Shown in pieces: positions 35,243 through 47,469 of a stretch of 64,000 nt of DNA (the stretch's first letter is position 1; every line of letters begins with the position of its first letter). Origin of the DNA: Zancudomyces culisetae HAW-14-8 (Eukaryota; Fungi; Kickxellomycota); the NCBI GenBank assembly GCA_052426225.1, contig JBNJNM010000021.1:2852001-2916000 (forward strand). The letters are read 5' to 3'. The notes beneath the pieces are model-generated. The model was not told where the DNA came from and made no database searches. It saw only the letters and a list, made by a program, of their open reading frames with translations. The position numbers and the translations under genes are program-made.

Positions 35243-37481
35243 TTCGCGTATCTGTTTTTTTTCTAGGTTTAAGGGTATTTATAATTTAGTTGTGCAAAAA
35301 TAGCCTTATAAAACCATATATATTATACTTTTACTGTTCCATTTACACTGTATTTGTATTAAGTATTAGTAGAAAAGAATTTTTGATAATTTCCTCCTAT
35401 ACAAACTTTAAAGTTGATTTCTGCATTTTAAGTAAAAAGAGGTGAGAAAGGAAAGAAGACACAATAGCTAAAGTGTAGGCAATTTGTGCTATAGTTTGGT
35501 GTAAAAAGACATCCAAATCAAAGAGTATCAGTCCAGATGATGGAGATAAAGTGTGAAAGTGGTGGGCAAATACATCTATTTCAGATGACCATTACTGATT
35601 GTACGTTTCCCTGCACTAAAAATCCCATAGAATTTTGGAGCTTTTTCACATATTTCCAATTTTTTTTATTCAGTTTTACCATTTGTGCGGCTAAATGTAC
35701 ATCAATAAACAAAGATGTAACAATAATGACGAGATACTAGCAAGCCAGGGTGACAAGTGTTGAATTTAGGGTCAAAGATCTGGCATCTTAGTTATTCTAC
35801 CACTATTCATTGTTTCTTTTCACAAGGCAATTGAACTCCAACAGGTATAAGACCCATCATTTATGTTTTAAAGGAGGCTAATAAGCAGATTTTTCACAAT
35901 AATCATTCTTGTTGATTTTTCAATTTCCCCAAGAAAATGAAGTGCAAATGCTGGAATAATTTTTATAGACTCTCATAGAAAGAAAAGGCAGAACTAAGCT
36001 ACATCGGTGGGTTTAACGAGTTTATCCATAACACAGTGTACTCTTTTTTTAATTGACTACCAATTTTTTCAAAATAAAACCAACTGAACAGCAAGAAAGG
36101 TTGAATGGAAGGACTAAGACCTTGAGGTGCTAAGAATTATTTTAGGTACAACCAATTTGTTGACAGTTGAAACCTTTGGTGATAATGACTTTTTTTTTTA
36201 AAAAAAGAGATAAATGATGAAATGTGTTGTAGGTATTATTTACACACGGATATGTCAAGATTGTTAAAAGTTAAACTCTTATGAGTTACCTGCCCGAATG
36301 AATTGAAGTTTTAGATGCTATTCCAAGTGATGTTTTGAATTTTACAAAACGAAAAAATCACCCAGTACTAAACTTTTTTTTTGTCATTTTCTCAAAAAAC
36401 TCGGAATAAAACAGCCAAGCTAGACATAATTAGAGCGTGTGTAGTATGTGAGCTCAATAATAAGCACCATTTACATCAATGGAGTTATTTTAATTTACAA
36501 ACTGGCAGATACTTGTCAACATTCTCATTCATCTAAATAATATTCAATTATATTTTAGTTGCACTTTTTACAGTGCTAACGGAAAAACCAACATATTTCA
36601 TGAAACATATACCGAATTTAATGGGATACCAGCCTCTACTTGCTTCTTTAGAGTACAGTACATGGGGACTGTAGACTCAATACATCGGTATACTTGAATG
36701 CCTATTTTCTAGTTTGCTCTTTATTGATTGAAGAAATAGTGGCATTGTGGTAGGCCTACAGATAACTGCGATGTTCATATCAAAATGATCCATCTCAACA
36801 TGTTTGGAAAAATTTATGGTTACTGATAAAGGAACTTGTTTATTTATTGTTATATTTACAAGATAAAGTGAATAGGTGCTGCTCCATGCCATGATATTCA
36901 TATACACGCCACTTTTTTCAATTACATTAAAAAATATACTGAAAAAAAAATACGCTCATCCTATAAGACGAAGAGCTGTATTATCCACAATTAAGGCTGA
37001 ATACGGAGGAGGCAATTAAAAAGCATTTACTTGGTTTTTATTTTTAGTTTTAAAATAGCAGATTCAGGCTACGACTTTGCCGAAAAATTATGCATATGTT
37101 GATTTAGTGAATTGTACATTTAAGCCCCGTTTTAATGCGGAAACGATTAGACTATCCAACATGAACCCCGTTAAAGTAGGGCGTGGGATTAAATCCAGTA
37201 GCATTGGGCATACGTATGTAAAAAATAAAATTTAGTCTGAAATAATAACGCATTGATCATTCTGAAGTTAAAGAGTGTTATAATATAGGCAATTCCTTTA
37301 TAAAGATGTATCACTCTTTTGGTATTAAAAGATAAAAGCGTTCTCAACATTTTTTTTTATTTTCTAAAAAAAAAACAGAATATATAGGTATAAGTACAGC
37401 AAGCTTAATTGTTACAACAAGAGCAACTTTCCAAGTAAAGGAAATAAAAAAACCTAATATACAAAACACAAACGAGTAACA

Positions 37482-38021
37482 ATGTCAAAAGTAGCAACTA
37501 AAGCCCGCACTGGTGCTGGAGCAGGAAAATCTGCAACAGGGTCTTTATTACCAAAGATATCTGGTAATGTTTCGAGTGCACCAGGTATAGCCACAGCGAT
37601 GTCTGGAAAAGCATCACTTTCATCATTGTCTTCAGATATACAAGCTAGCTCTGCATTCGGTACATCTACTGTCGATATGGTCGGTAGCAGTGCAAATACC
37701 AACGCTATTATTGACTCTATACTCAGCACTACTACCGGAGGTAGTATGGGGTCTAGCACAGCTTCGATCACAAATACAGATAAAAATGCCAGCGAAAGCG
37801 CAGGTACAGCTACAGCTACAGACAAAGACACAAAATCAAAAGGAAAAACATCAGATCACTCTGCTTCGAAGACAATGAAAAAAGGTAAAGGCGCGGGTTC
37901 TGCCAAAAATGCAACATCTAGTGGAGTTGGAAGCGTAACAACGCGTCTAAGAAATACCAGTTACCATAGTAAATCTACAGCTCTATTTTTATTTGTGTTA
38001 CTTTTGCTACTGTCAAACTAA
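37482..38021 (+). CDS. Ser/Thr/Ala/Gly-rich low-complexity protein with a hydrophobic C-terminal tail (GPI-signal-like or tail-anchor-like)
   Basis: 179-aa ORF with A-rich start context, ending ALFLFVLLLLLSN. No N-terminal signal peptide. Confidence 0.55.
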   Translation: MSKVATKARTGAGAGKSATGSLLPKISGNVSSAPGIATAMSGKASLSSLSSDIQASSAFGTSTVDMVGSSANTNAIIDSILSTTTGGSMGSSTASITNTDKNASESAGTATATDKDTKSKGKTSDHSASKTMKKGKGAGSAKNATSSGVGSVTTRLRNTSYHSKSTALFLFVLLLLLSN

Positions 38022-39551
38022 GTACACCTGCCTTTTTATTTATTTTTATTTTTATTTTTATTATTTTTTGGCAGTAGTACAACAGCTGCTATATGTATAG
38101 TTAGCTTAGCTACGCTTAAACTAGATATATTAATTGGTTCAAAGTCGAAACATTACATACTTAATTATTTCAATTGAGATTTTCTTTTTGTACCAACAAA
38201 AAGTCCTCTCAGATAAATAAAACATAAAATGGTAAACTTTATATGTATATTATTACCTGGACACCATCATTCCTTTTTACTTTATGGTGGGAGGATGGAA
38301 TAGGTAGGGAATGGGTGATTTTAATAGTTGAGACACAAAGGATAATGTGGGCTACAGCGAAAAAAAATTGAACAGACATGTATTGACAATCAATAGGACA
38401 AATTTTGCATTAAGTACATGAACCAGTGCTCAAATTTTTCGTTAGTGGCGGCCCAAGATTTCGTTAAAGGAAAGCAAGTATTAAAAAATATGCAAATGAG
38501 CAAAAAGGAGGCTTTCTTGTGATTATTCTCAAAAATAAGAGGTCAATTCAGCAATCTTAAGTAGTAGGCAAGAGGTTATTTCTATGTGTTTTGGGTTTAT
38601 GGTGAGCCGGTTTATAACTAAAACGCACTAAGCATCTCTTTGAAGGCGTATTGCAAAGATACGATTGTAGAGGAATTGCGATGATTTACATTTATTATTA
38701 TTACTTGCCTTTTAGATTAATTTTAAATAATTAAAAAAAAATTTTTTTTTACTTGTCCATTTACAAAAATAGGTAATTATGGTAAAATGTTAGGGGAAAA
38801 AGGATTAAAATTTTGAAAATATGGAATTATTAAAATATAATAAATTATCAAAAAAAAAAATATCGTATTAAAAAAAAAGTTTGGTTCTATAAAAAAAATA
38901 TTGATATATGATATCAAACATCGGATAAAGCTAAAAAGGTAGAAAAAGCAAGTAAAGAAGTAGCGAGTATTAAACAGGGGATATATAATACCACGCTACT
39001 ACGGGATGTATTAAGACATAGAAAAAGTAAAAAATTGAATAAACAAATAGCGTATAAAAGGCAGTATAAATAAACAATTCAGAGCCGAAAAAAAAAAGCA
39101 AAATAAATGGGAAAACGGTTAGAAATAACACCATTAATGCTGAGTAATATATAACAAGTTAGTTTTAAACTGTATCTTTGCAGATAGCAAAAGTATAACG
39201 TATATCCAGAGCTAGGTTATTAGTATACAAAATTTAAGACAGGATAATAATACCAAATAAAACAAGGGACAAGTAGTGGTGTATTGACAAGTGCAAAAGC
39301 GATATATACTGATATTCTATTTTATATATATTTTTTTTGAAAAAGGACTTGAAGTGAGATTTAGTGATGAAAATAGTGTGTCAATATTAACGAAAAAAAA
39401 CAGGGTATATATGGAATAAGTATATCAGGGTTTTCTCAATACCTACGAAATAGTGACAGGAATTCAGTTTAATAAACACATATCTGAAGAAAGCAATATA
39501 AAAATATAATAGCCAACATAACACGCATACAAAAACGGAAAGAAAATAATA

Positions 39552-42500
39552 ATGAGGATGGGTATGGAGATGGAAATGAAAACAAGAGAAAATACGACAT
39601 GGAAGGAGGAGAGAAACAAAAAGAGAACAAAGTTTGATATGGATAGTGTGCAGCAACCACGATTTTATTACGATGACAAAATAAAGGAAAAAGCTGGTGT
39701 CGAAACACGAAGAATTTCTAACCAAAAAAGTAACAGTGAAGAGGTGTTAACGGCAAGAAAAAACGTGTTCAAACTAAAGGAGGCCAAAACCTACTATCCA
39801 TGCAAAGAAGAGTTTGAGGATCCTTTGAAGTATCTGGAGACAATACGGAAGGAGGCGGAAAAATATGGTATTATAAAAGTAAAACCACCAAAGGAGTGGA
39901 AGGTGGAGTTTGGTTTGGATACAAGCAAGTTTAGGTTTCCTACACGAAGACAACAGCTAAGTTCGCTTGAAGGCACAAACCGGGTGAAAAAGAGCTACAA
40001 TGAACAGTTGTTTGCATTTCATGAAAGGCGGGGACAACCAATATATAAAGTGCCACAGCTGGACAAAAAGCCGGTGGATTTGACACGGTTACAAAAGGAG
40101 GTGGAAAAAAGAGGTGGGCATGAGAACGTGACAGCAAAGAAGCTATGGGCAGAAATAGGAAGGGCACTGGAGTATGATAACAAGTCGTGTACCTCGTTGT
40201 CAAACAGCTTAAAAACGATGTATTTAAAGATAATATACCCCTACGAAGAATACATGCGGGGGAAAAACAGAGCTGGGAAACGGGATGGTGCAAACAGAGG
40301 GAATAGGGCTGGGGTAGACACACAGCATAGGCGACAGAGGGGTAGAAGCGGGAGCGGGAGCGGGAGTGAACACCGTGGCGAGGTAAAAAGTGAGGGTAAA
40401 AATACGTATGGAAGCGTGGGTAGAAGTGAAAGCCAAGGCGGAGATGAAGGTGAAGGCGAGAGGAAAAGGGGTAATGTGAATGCGAATGTAAATGGGGATG
40501 GGAGTGAGAATGGGAATGGGGATGAGGATGAAGATGAGGACTGGTTTGGATATGGGTTTGAAGATGGCGCAGAGTATAGTTTGGATGAATTCCAAAAGAA
40601 ATCTGAAGAATTCTTGCAAAAGATGTTTCCCAAATTTGACAAACACACGAATAAAGGGGATAGGCTATACAAGATAGAGAAGAAGTTCTGGGAGTGTGTA
40701 GCGTCAAGTAAGGAAGAGGTTACAGTGGAGTATGGAGCAGATTTGCCATCTACACAGTATGGCACGGGGTTCCCAACAATTGAACGACAAGGGCGCAAAA
40801 GAAAAACCACGAGGGAGGCTGAGGATGTAGAATATAGCGTGAAGGGGGAAGGTGAGGATGAGAAGCATTATAATCACAATGATGCTAAGAGTTCTCACTA
40901 TCACGAGAATGGGAAAGAGCTGAAGAAGAGAGAAGAAGGAGGGAGTGAGGGAGATGATCAGGAGATGGACATTGGGCTGAGCGGATGGAATCTGACGCGA
41001 ATGCCATATAACAAGCGGTCGTTGTTTAGATACTTCCAGCAGGATTACAATGGAATAACATCGCCATGGCTTTATGTGGGAATGGCGCTTTCAGCATTTT
41101 GTTGGCATAACGAGGACCATTATACGTACTCAATCAACTACATGCATTTTGGAGAAGAAAAGACGTGGTATGGAATTCCAGGGGATCAAGCCAAAGCGTT
41201 TGAGGCAGTGGTGAAGGACACAGTTCCAGAGCTGTTTGAAACCGAGCCAGACTTATTGCAACAACTGGTAACAATGGTGAACCCTGGGCTGTTGGTATCA
41301 AAGGGCGTGGATGTGTATATGATAGACCAAAGTCCTGGAGAATTTGTAGTTACATTTCCACAAGCGTACCATGCAGGTCTCAACACTGGGTTTAATTTCA
41401 ACGAGGCAGTGAATTTTGGACCGCCAGATTGGCTTCATTATAGCCGGATGAGTAGTGAAGAGTATCGAAATAATAAGCGAATGCCAGTATTTTCACACGA
41501 AGAGTTGGTATTGAGGATAAATTATGACTATGCGCGAAGGAAACTGGAGAGGCCAGGTTGGTTAGTGGAGGAATTGGAATATGTATTGGAGCGAGAGCTG
41601 GAAGATAGACAGGTGGTTAGAGATTACGACGTAAAACAGAAAGAAATACCCGGACAAGAAAATGGTGTGCGAAGGGGTGAGGGAGGTGAAGGGGAGGAGC
41701 GGAGAGATCAAGAAGAGAATTGCGCGGAATGCAAGGCACAGCTGTATCAAAGCTATTTGGTAGTCGACGGGCAGGAACCCGACAAGTATTGTTTACGAGA
41801 AATAGGAAAATTGCTTGATACTGAGGGGATAACCAAAGGAAAGATAACAATGTGGTACAAATATACGGACGAGCAGCTGATGCGAATGGCGGGGCGAGTA
41901 ATAAAGGGGAATCGGGCCGAAAGAGATGTGATAAAGTGGATAGAAAAGTACAAGGAGCTGAGAAAGATAAAAACAGAGCGGGTGAGTCTTGCAGAAATGA
42001 GATCATTGCTGCATTATGGAGCGTATTTAGTCCCAGCTAGTGTCGATACATCAGCGAATGAGTCTAGTGGTAAAGACGAAGATGGGTTGTCGACAGTAAG
42101 GAGTTGCATGGTCGAATTGAACAAATATGTGGAGAAAATGAACTACTATTGTTACCTTACACAGGCACTTTTACGGCTCTGTAACAAGCTAGACGTGGTG
42201 AAAAGCTGTGGGAAAATCAATGGGACCGATGGGATACAGGTGTTGGATCCGGTTTGTATGTATGCCCACAATCAAGAAAATGAACAACAGCAAAGTCAAA
42301 ATGGAGCACATCAAAATGTGCCTAGCGAATCAGAAAGTAAAGGAGTGGAGGTTTCAGAAAGACCAAATGTATTTATGGAGCTATACGAATTAATTATGAA
42401 AAAGCACAACAAAAAACTCAATAGCGTAGAATGGGTGCAGGAAAGTGTAGATAAATTTGGTGATGTCTCAGCAAATAGACAACGGGGGCTCAGTACGTGG

Positions 42501-44840
42501 TATACGTATGGGAATGTAATCAAGGTTGAGAATGTATACAACTATTCGGTCGGCAAGCAGCGGTACGACATTGTTAGCGTGATTGATGAGTACTTTAAAA
42601 GCAAGAATCTCGATCGGCCAAAGCAAAAACTCAACATTAACGTGTATCCAAGCGATATCGAGTTGGTTTTGAAGGAGTTCCAAGACAACCATGTGGATTG
42701 TTACGAACGACGGGTGCTAGAGGAGTGGGTTGAAAAGGCCAGAAGTATAGAGGCTCTTGTTGATGCCAAAGTTGATGAGGTGTACAGTAACAAGGATATA
42801 GACAGCAAGGAGCTTCAAATGGATATTGCCGAATTATCAGCAGATATAAAGGAAATAGGACTGGAAATCAAGAATGCCAACCAGCTGGGTGTGTTGCAGT
42901 CGGTAGTCAAATGGGCAGCTCTTGCACAAAAGGCACTGTCAAACCGAAAGACTCTGACACAGGATAAAGTTGACGAATTGATTTCAACAGCTGAAACTCA
43001 GTACAACGTGCCCAAGACACACAAACTCTATGTAAAGCTGATGGAAATTCAAAACAGAGTGCATAAATGGGATGCAGAGCTTAACCAAACAACATCCAGC
43101 AGACTGAATTTGCGGAATATTGCGACGCTTCTTGACAAGGGTCATAATCTGGATTTGGTGCCTAATCGGTTTAGTGAGTTGGAGCGACTTAAGGATTCCA
43201 TTTTGGTATTTCAGCGTGGGCTGGAGGATATCCTTGACCGCTCAATACGTGAAAAGTTTTCCAATCGACCAAGCCTTCTGGAAGCCCAAAAAGTGTACTG
43301 CGAATTGGAAGCTGCGAACGTAACCAGTCTGAACCAAACTAGCCAGTTGAAAAGCATAATTAATGATGCTGAAAGCTGGCAAGCAGCTGTTAGATCATCG
43401 TTTGTCAACAATAGTGGTGTAGATAGTGATATGGTTTCTGTGCTAGACAACGTTGTTCAATCCACAAACCATTGTTACGTTGTTCTTCAAAAACTCAAAA
43501 ATTCATCGTACTTCATGAAAAACAAGAAGCGGATCAAGACATCGCCTATGCTGACTGCGGACAGTTACTCTAACTTCCAGTCGTCAAATGGCCTGTACTG
43601 TTTCTGTTTGCAACCAAATTTTGATGCCACAATGCTGTCCTGCAGTTTATGCAAATCGTTTTACCACTCCGAATGTTTAGCCATTCCGCCAAACCATAGC
43701 ACCAGCAGATCCTTCAAGTTTAACTGTCCTCTATGTGACCATAACTACAAAATCCCGCATCTTACCAAAAGACCACCAAACTCGCTGCTGAAAAATCTGA
43801 TCCACAAGGGAAGACAGCTGAACCTGGTGTGTCCAGAACTTGATTTGTTATTGAGTTTGGTGCTGATTTCCCGCGATATTATTTCCATTGTGGCCGAGTT
43901 TATTGATGACGTTACTGACAATTCAAACTCTGCACCACATCCAATTGTAAATATAAATATATATCGAGTTTATTTGCTGGTTTTGATGGGACTGGAAATC
44001 GATATATTACAGGAAGACATGTTTGTATCAAGACTGGTGCCGCCTATCACTGATATCCTATCGTTATTGCGATTCAAAATATATGGCAACGGAAATCTCG
44101 ACAGCCCACTGCTTTCAAGCAAGCGCGCATCGGCTGAGCCATACCCACAATCAAAACGGCGTCGCATGCCTCCGCCACCATCACCACCACTACCGGTATC
44201 GCTACCGCTACCATCACCAACCCTAACGTTGCCATCTACAGCAACCCTCTTGCCAACCGCCACTGCTACTACGGCAACATCTCTTTCGCCTAGATCCTTG
44301 CAAAGAGTAGATCCAGCTCTTTCCTCTGGTTCTTTGTTACCTGCTATAAGTCAAAATCAAGATCAAAATCAAAACCAACACCATGAACAAATTCTAGACC
44401 TTAATGAGGAAAGACCTAGAAAACCCAGACAACGATTCCTGCTTCCTCTAAGTTTGATGCCTACGCCCAAAAACAGAGATCTCAAATCAGAAATCTGTAT
44501 CTGCCAAAGCTCCCCAATAAACGATCCCGAATGGAACAGTCCAAACAATTTTGTGGTCAGATGTGATTTCTGCAGGGATTATTTCCATGTCAAGTGTATG
44601 ATGATTGAGTTGAGCCAGGCACAAATTATTTGTTACAACCAAAACAAACACCCGCTAAATATCCCTGGTGGAGGCGCCACTAGCAGTGCAAGTAATGGCG
44701 GGGGTAGCAATAGCGGAACCAACGTGATTAATCAAGCTGTTCTAAATAAATGTGCTAATTTGGAGCTTTTCATGTGCCCTGTGTGCTGCCATTTTGGAAA
44801 ATACAACTATGTGTTTGGCGACATTGAGCTGGAAAGCTAA
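39552..44840 (+). CDS. KDM5: KDM5/Lid/Jhd2-family histone H3K4 demethylase (JmjN, ARID, JmjC, degenerate C5HC2, PLU-1, two PHD fingers)
   Basis: JmjN YYPCKEEFEDP..YGIIKVKPP; ARID PVDL..L..EV..RGG..W; JmjC PWLYVGM..FCWHNEDH..FPQAYHAG..NEAVNF; PHD fingers YCFC..CSLC..YHSEC..CPLC and CIC..CDFC..FHVKC..CPVC. Confidence 0.92.
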   Translation: MRMGMEMEMKTRENTTWKEERNKKRTKFDMDSVQQPRFYYDDKIKEKAGVETRRISNQKSNSEEVLTARKNVFKLKEAKTYYPCKEEFEDPLKYLETIRKEAEKYGIIKVKPPKEWKVEFGLDTSKFRFPTRRQQLSSLEGTNRVKKSYNEQLFAFHERRGQPIYKVPQLDKKPVDLTRLQKEVEKRGGHENVTAKKLWAEIGRALEYDNKSCTSLSNSLKTMYLKIIYPYEEYMRGKNRAGKRDGANRGNRAGVDTQHRRQRGRSGSGSGSEHRGEVKSEGKNTYGSVGRSESQGGDEGEGERKRGNVNANVNGDGSENGNGDEDEDEDWFGYGFEDGAEYSLDEFQKKSEEFLQKMFPKFDKHTNKGDRLYKIEKKFWECVASSKEEVTVEYGADLPSTQYGTGFPTIERQGRKRKTTREAEDVEYSVKGEGEDEKHYNHNDAKSSHYHENGKELKKREEGGSEGDDQEMDIGLSGWNLTRMPYNKRSLFRYFQQDYNGITSPWLYVGMALSAFCWHNEDHYTYSINYMHFGEEKTWYGIPGDQAKAFEAVVKDTVPELFETEPDLLQQLVTMVNPGLLVSKGVDVYMIDQSPGEFVVTFPQAYHAGLNTGFNFNEAVNFGPPDWLHYSRMSSEEYRNNKRMPVFSHEELVLRINYDYARRKLERPGWLVEELEYVLERELEDRQVVRDYDVKQKEIPGQENGVRRGEGGEGEERRDQEENCAECKAQLYQSYLVVDGQEPDKYCLREIGKLLDTEGITKGKITMWYKYTDEQLMRMAGRVIKGNRAERDVIKWIEKYKELRKIKTERVSLAEMRSLLHYGAYLVPASVDTSANESSGKDEDGLSTVRSCMVELNKYVEKMNYYCYLTQALLRLCNKLDVVKSCGKINGTDGIQVLDPVCMYAHNQENEQQQSQNGAHQNVPSESESKGVEVSERPNVFMELYELIMKKHNKKLNSVEWVQESVDKFGDVSANRQRGLSTWYTYGNVIKVENVYNYSVGKQRYDIVSVIDEYFKSKNLDRPKQKLNINVYPSDIELVLKEFQDNHVDCYERRVLEEWVEKARSIEALVDAKVDEVYSNKDIDSKELQMDIAELSADIKEIGLEIKNANQLGVLQSVVKWAALAQKALSNRKTLTQDKVDELISTAETQYNVPKTHKLYVKLMEIQNRVHKWDAELNQTTSSRLNLRNIATLLDKGHNLDLVPNRFSELERLKDSILVFQRGLEDILDRSIREKFSNRPSLLEAQKVYCELEAANVTSLNQTSQLKSIINDAESWQAAVRSSFVNNSGVDSDMVSVLDNVVQSTNHCYVVLQKLKNSSYFMKNKKRIKTSPMLTADSYSNFQSSNGLYCFCLQPNFDATMLSCSLCKSFYHSECLAIPPNHSTSRSFKFNCPLCDHNYKIPHLTKRPPNSLLKNLIHKGRQLNLVCPELDLLLSLVLISRDIISIVAEFIDDVTDNSNSAPHPIVNINIYRVYLLVLMGLEIDILQEDMFVSRLVPPITDILSLLRFKIYGNGNLDSPLLSSKRASAEPYPQSKRRRMPPPPSPPLPVSLPLPSPTLTLPSTATLLPTATATTATSLSPRSLQRVDPALSSGSLLPAISQNQDQNQNQHHEQILDLNEERPRKPRQRFLLPLSLMPTPKNRDLKSEICICQSSPINDPEWNSPNNFVVRCDFCRDYFHVKCMMIELSQAQIICYNQNKHPLNIPGGGATSSASNGGGSNSGTNVINQAVLNKCANLELFMCPVCCHFGKYNYVFGDIELES

Positions 44841-45397
44841 TACTTGATGTGCCTCAAATCTGTTGGGGTTTACCATCATTATTACTTTATTAAAACTGTA
44901 CCAAAAGTAAAAAAAAAAAGAATTTAAATATAAACACAAAAAACTCTTTTTTTTTCTTTTTTTTCTTTCTTTAATTTACTTTTATATATCATCTACTATC
45001 TAGTATCAATCTATTTACTAGATTATTATATACCTTTAGTTTGTTTTATATATATTTACACTTATACATTTATATTTTTCTGGTTTTCTTATTTGGTAGT
45101 GATATACAATAAACACATTTTCAAAAAAAAAAAAATTTTCTTTATTTTTTTATTTGTTAATGGGATTTTCTTTGGCCAAGATTTATTTAAATGTATCAAT
45201 AAAACAAAGCTTGGTACTTTGGGCAATTGTATTTTATCTAGTTTTTTATATATTATTGCTGTTTTTTATAAAATATCTATATTTTCTGGCAAGTAAGTTT
45301 GTCATTCAACATAGTTAGATTGGTATATAGGTAGATAAGCAAAGACAACAAAAAAAAAATAAAGCTTTTGAAAGGCTCAGTGGTGACATGAATATTA

Positions 45398-47124
45398 ATG
45401 GAATTAAGAGCAATTTACCCATATACGAGAAGCAAGGTTTCTAATATAATAGCAAGACAAGGATGTAGCAACACATTTGATTCTTCTGCGTTTTTCTTAC
45501 TGCGCAGCAGTAACAACAAGGCTAAAGCAACCGTTCCAATGAACAGGCTTTATTCCTCAAAAAGAGAATTCTGTTTAGCTGCAAGTGCTCGCACTGGTGA
45601 TATCTTTGGCAATACTTTTGGGAATAAAACAAATATTCCAAAAGCCTCGTTTGCAAACATATCAAAATATCCTAGTGGGCGAATCGAGACGAAGAAAGGA
45701 TTTTATATAAACCAACTTTGTAAATATGCAACAGCAACACTAAAGAAAGACACACCTAGTGCAGGTTCTGGTGGATCTAGTGGACACAGCGGAACCAGTA
45801 GTGGTGGACTCAAGCTGAAATGTTCGGAATTCGACAAGGACGGAAATCTTACGGTTAGGAACCTGGAGTTCTCGCGATCTGATTTCTGTACCAAACATGG
45901 ATTGCTTGCTCGGGATTTGCGGAAAATCGATTCGAAATCGTCCAACATTCTGCCATCGATCCTGGTTAGAAACCAAACTATTTTGATTAACTTTTTGAGT
46001 CTGCGGGGGATTATTGAACACGATCGGATGATTATCTTTGAAAGTAGCAAAATGCCAAGTGGATTATCGCCAATTTCCTCGAGTCCCGCACACATTTCGC
46101 CCGCGTATGCTAATTCAAATACTACTCATTTCAATCCGCAACAACAACAACAACAGCAACAACAACAATCGTCGCAACCGCATGTGTCACTTTTTGGAGG
46201 ATCTGAGATATACCAGTATTGCAACAGAGAGTTTATTACCGAGTTGCAGGCTTTGCTGAGCAGCAAGAAAAATACCCAAGATTTACCATTTGAATTTAGG
46301 CAAGTTTATTTTTCTTTTCTTTTTTGCTGTGTGTATTTATTTTTTTATTCATTCATTGACTTGATAACAAAGGATATAGAGGGATGGGGGGATGGGGGTG
46401 GGGATATAAGGGGCGAAGAACGAGCGAGTGATAATATGTTTACTAGTGTGTAACATGTCCAATAACAAGATTACTGATAATAATACCAAATAGGGCACTA
46501 GAATCAGTGCTAATTCTGGTTTTGAAGAACCTGAGTGCTGAAGAAGAAATACTAGTCAATCTAGTTCAATCACTGCTATTGTATCTTGAAGAAAGTATAG
46601 ACCGAACCAAGCTGAAGGAATTGCTGCAGTACTCAAAGCGTCTGAGCAAATTTGAACAAAAAGTAGAAAACATTAGAAAGGCGCTGGACGAGGTCCTGGA
46701 ACAAGACGAGGATCTGGCAGCTATGTATTTAACCAATGTATATAACTATGGACAACCTCAAGATGTTGATTCACATCAGGAAATCGAATACTTGCTTGAA
46801 ACGTATCTTATGCAGGTTGAAGAAATCTCGGCCAACATTGATAGTGTGCTGAGCCAGCTCAAAACTACCGAGGAAATTGCAAATATCATCCTAGACTCCC
46901 AGCGAAATTCCTTGCTGTTGTTGGAGATTCGTCTGACCATTCTGGCTGTCGGCGTTGGTCTTGGTACATTTGTTAGCAGTCTGTTTGGCATGAATTTGCT
47001 TAGTGGCTATGAAGAACATTCTACTGCGTTTATCCTTGTTTGCACTGTCGCATTTGTTCTCTCTTTTTTTACTGTTGGATATGCCTTTTTGCGCATGAAC
47101 AAAATGTTGCGAAAGATGTTTTGA
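45398..47124 (+). CDS. MRS2: Mitochondrial inner-membrane Mg2+ channel Mrs2/Lpe10; exons 45398-46299, 46494-47124 (GC-AG intron)
   Basis: GLLARDLRKID, LPFEFR/ALE across the splice, DEDLAAMYLT, LDSQRNSLL and FGMN (CorA/Mrs2 signature), plus two C-terminal TM helices. Confidence 0.9.
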
Positions 47125-47469
47125 TGCTCTAAACACAATCGTGCGAATATAAAATACTTTAGACTACTACTTCCTTCTCCCTCTCCTACTCTCTCCCCGA
47201 ACAGAAAGAATAAGAAAAAGAAAAAAAAAAGAGTTTTGTTGGTATCCAAGAGCTTGGCAGTTTTATTGTAAAATTATTGATTGTTTATTATTATTTCGCT
47301 CTACTTCTAAGTCTATTGTTTATCATCACTCATACCATACCATATCAAATCAGATCAAATCAGATCAAATCTAATATAATAGAAAATTCAATATCCTAAA
47401 TATCTTTAATTCGGTTATCTTTGGACAAGCCTTTTTTAATTTCATGTTTATTTTATTGTTATTTTGATA

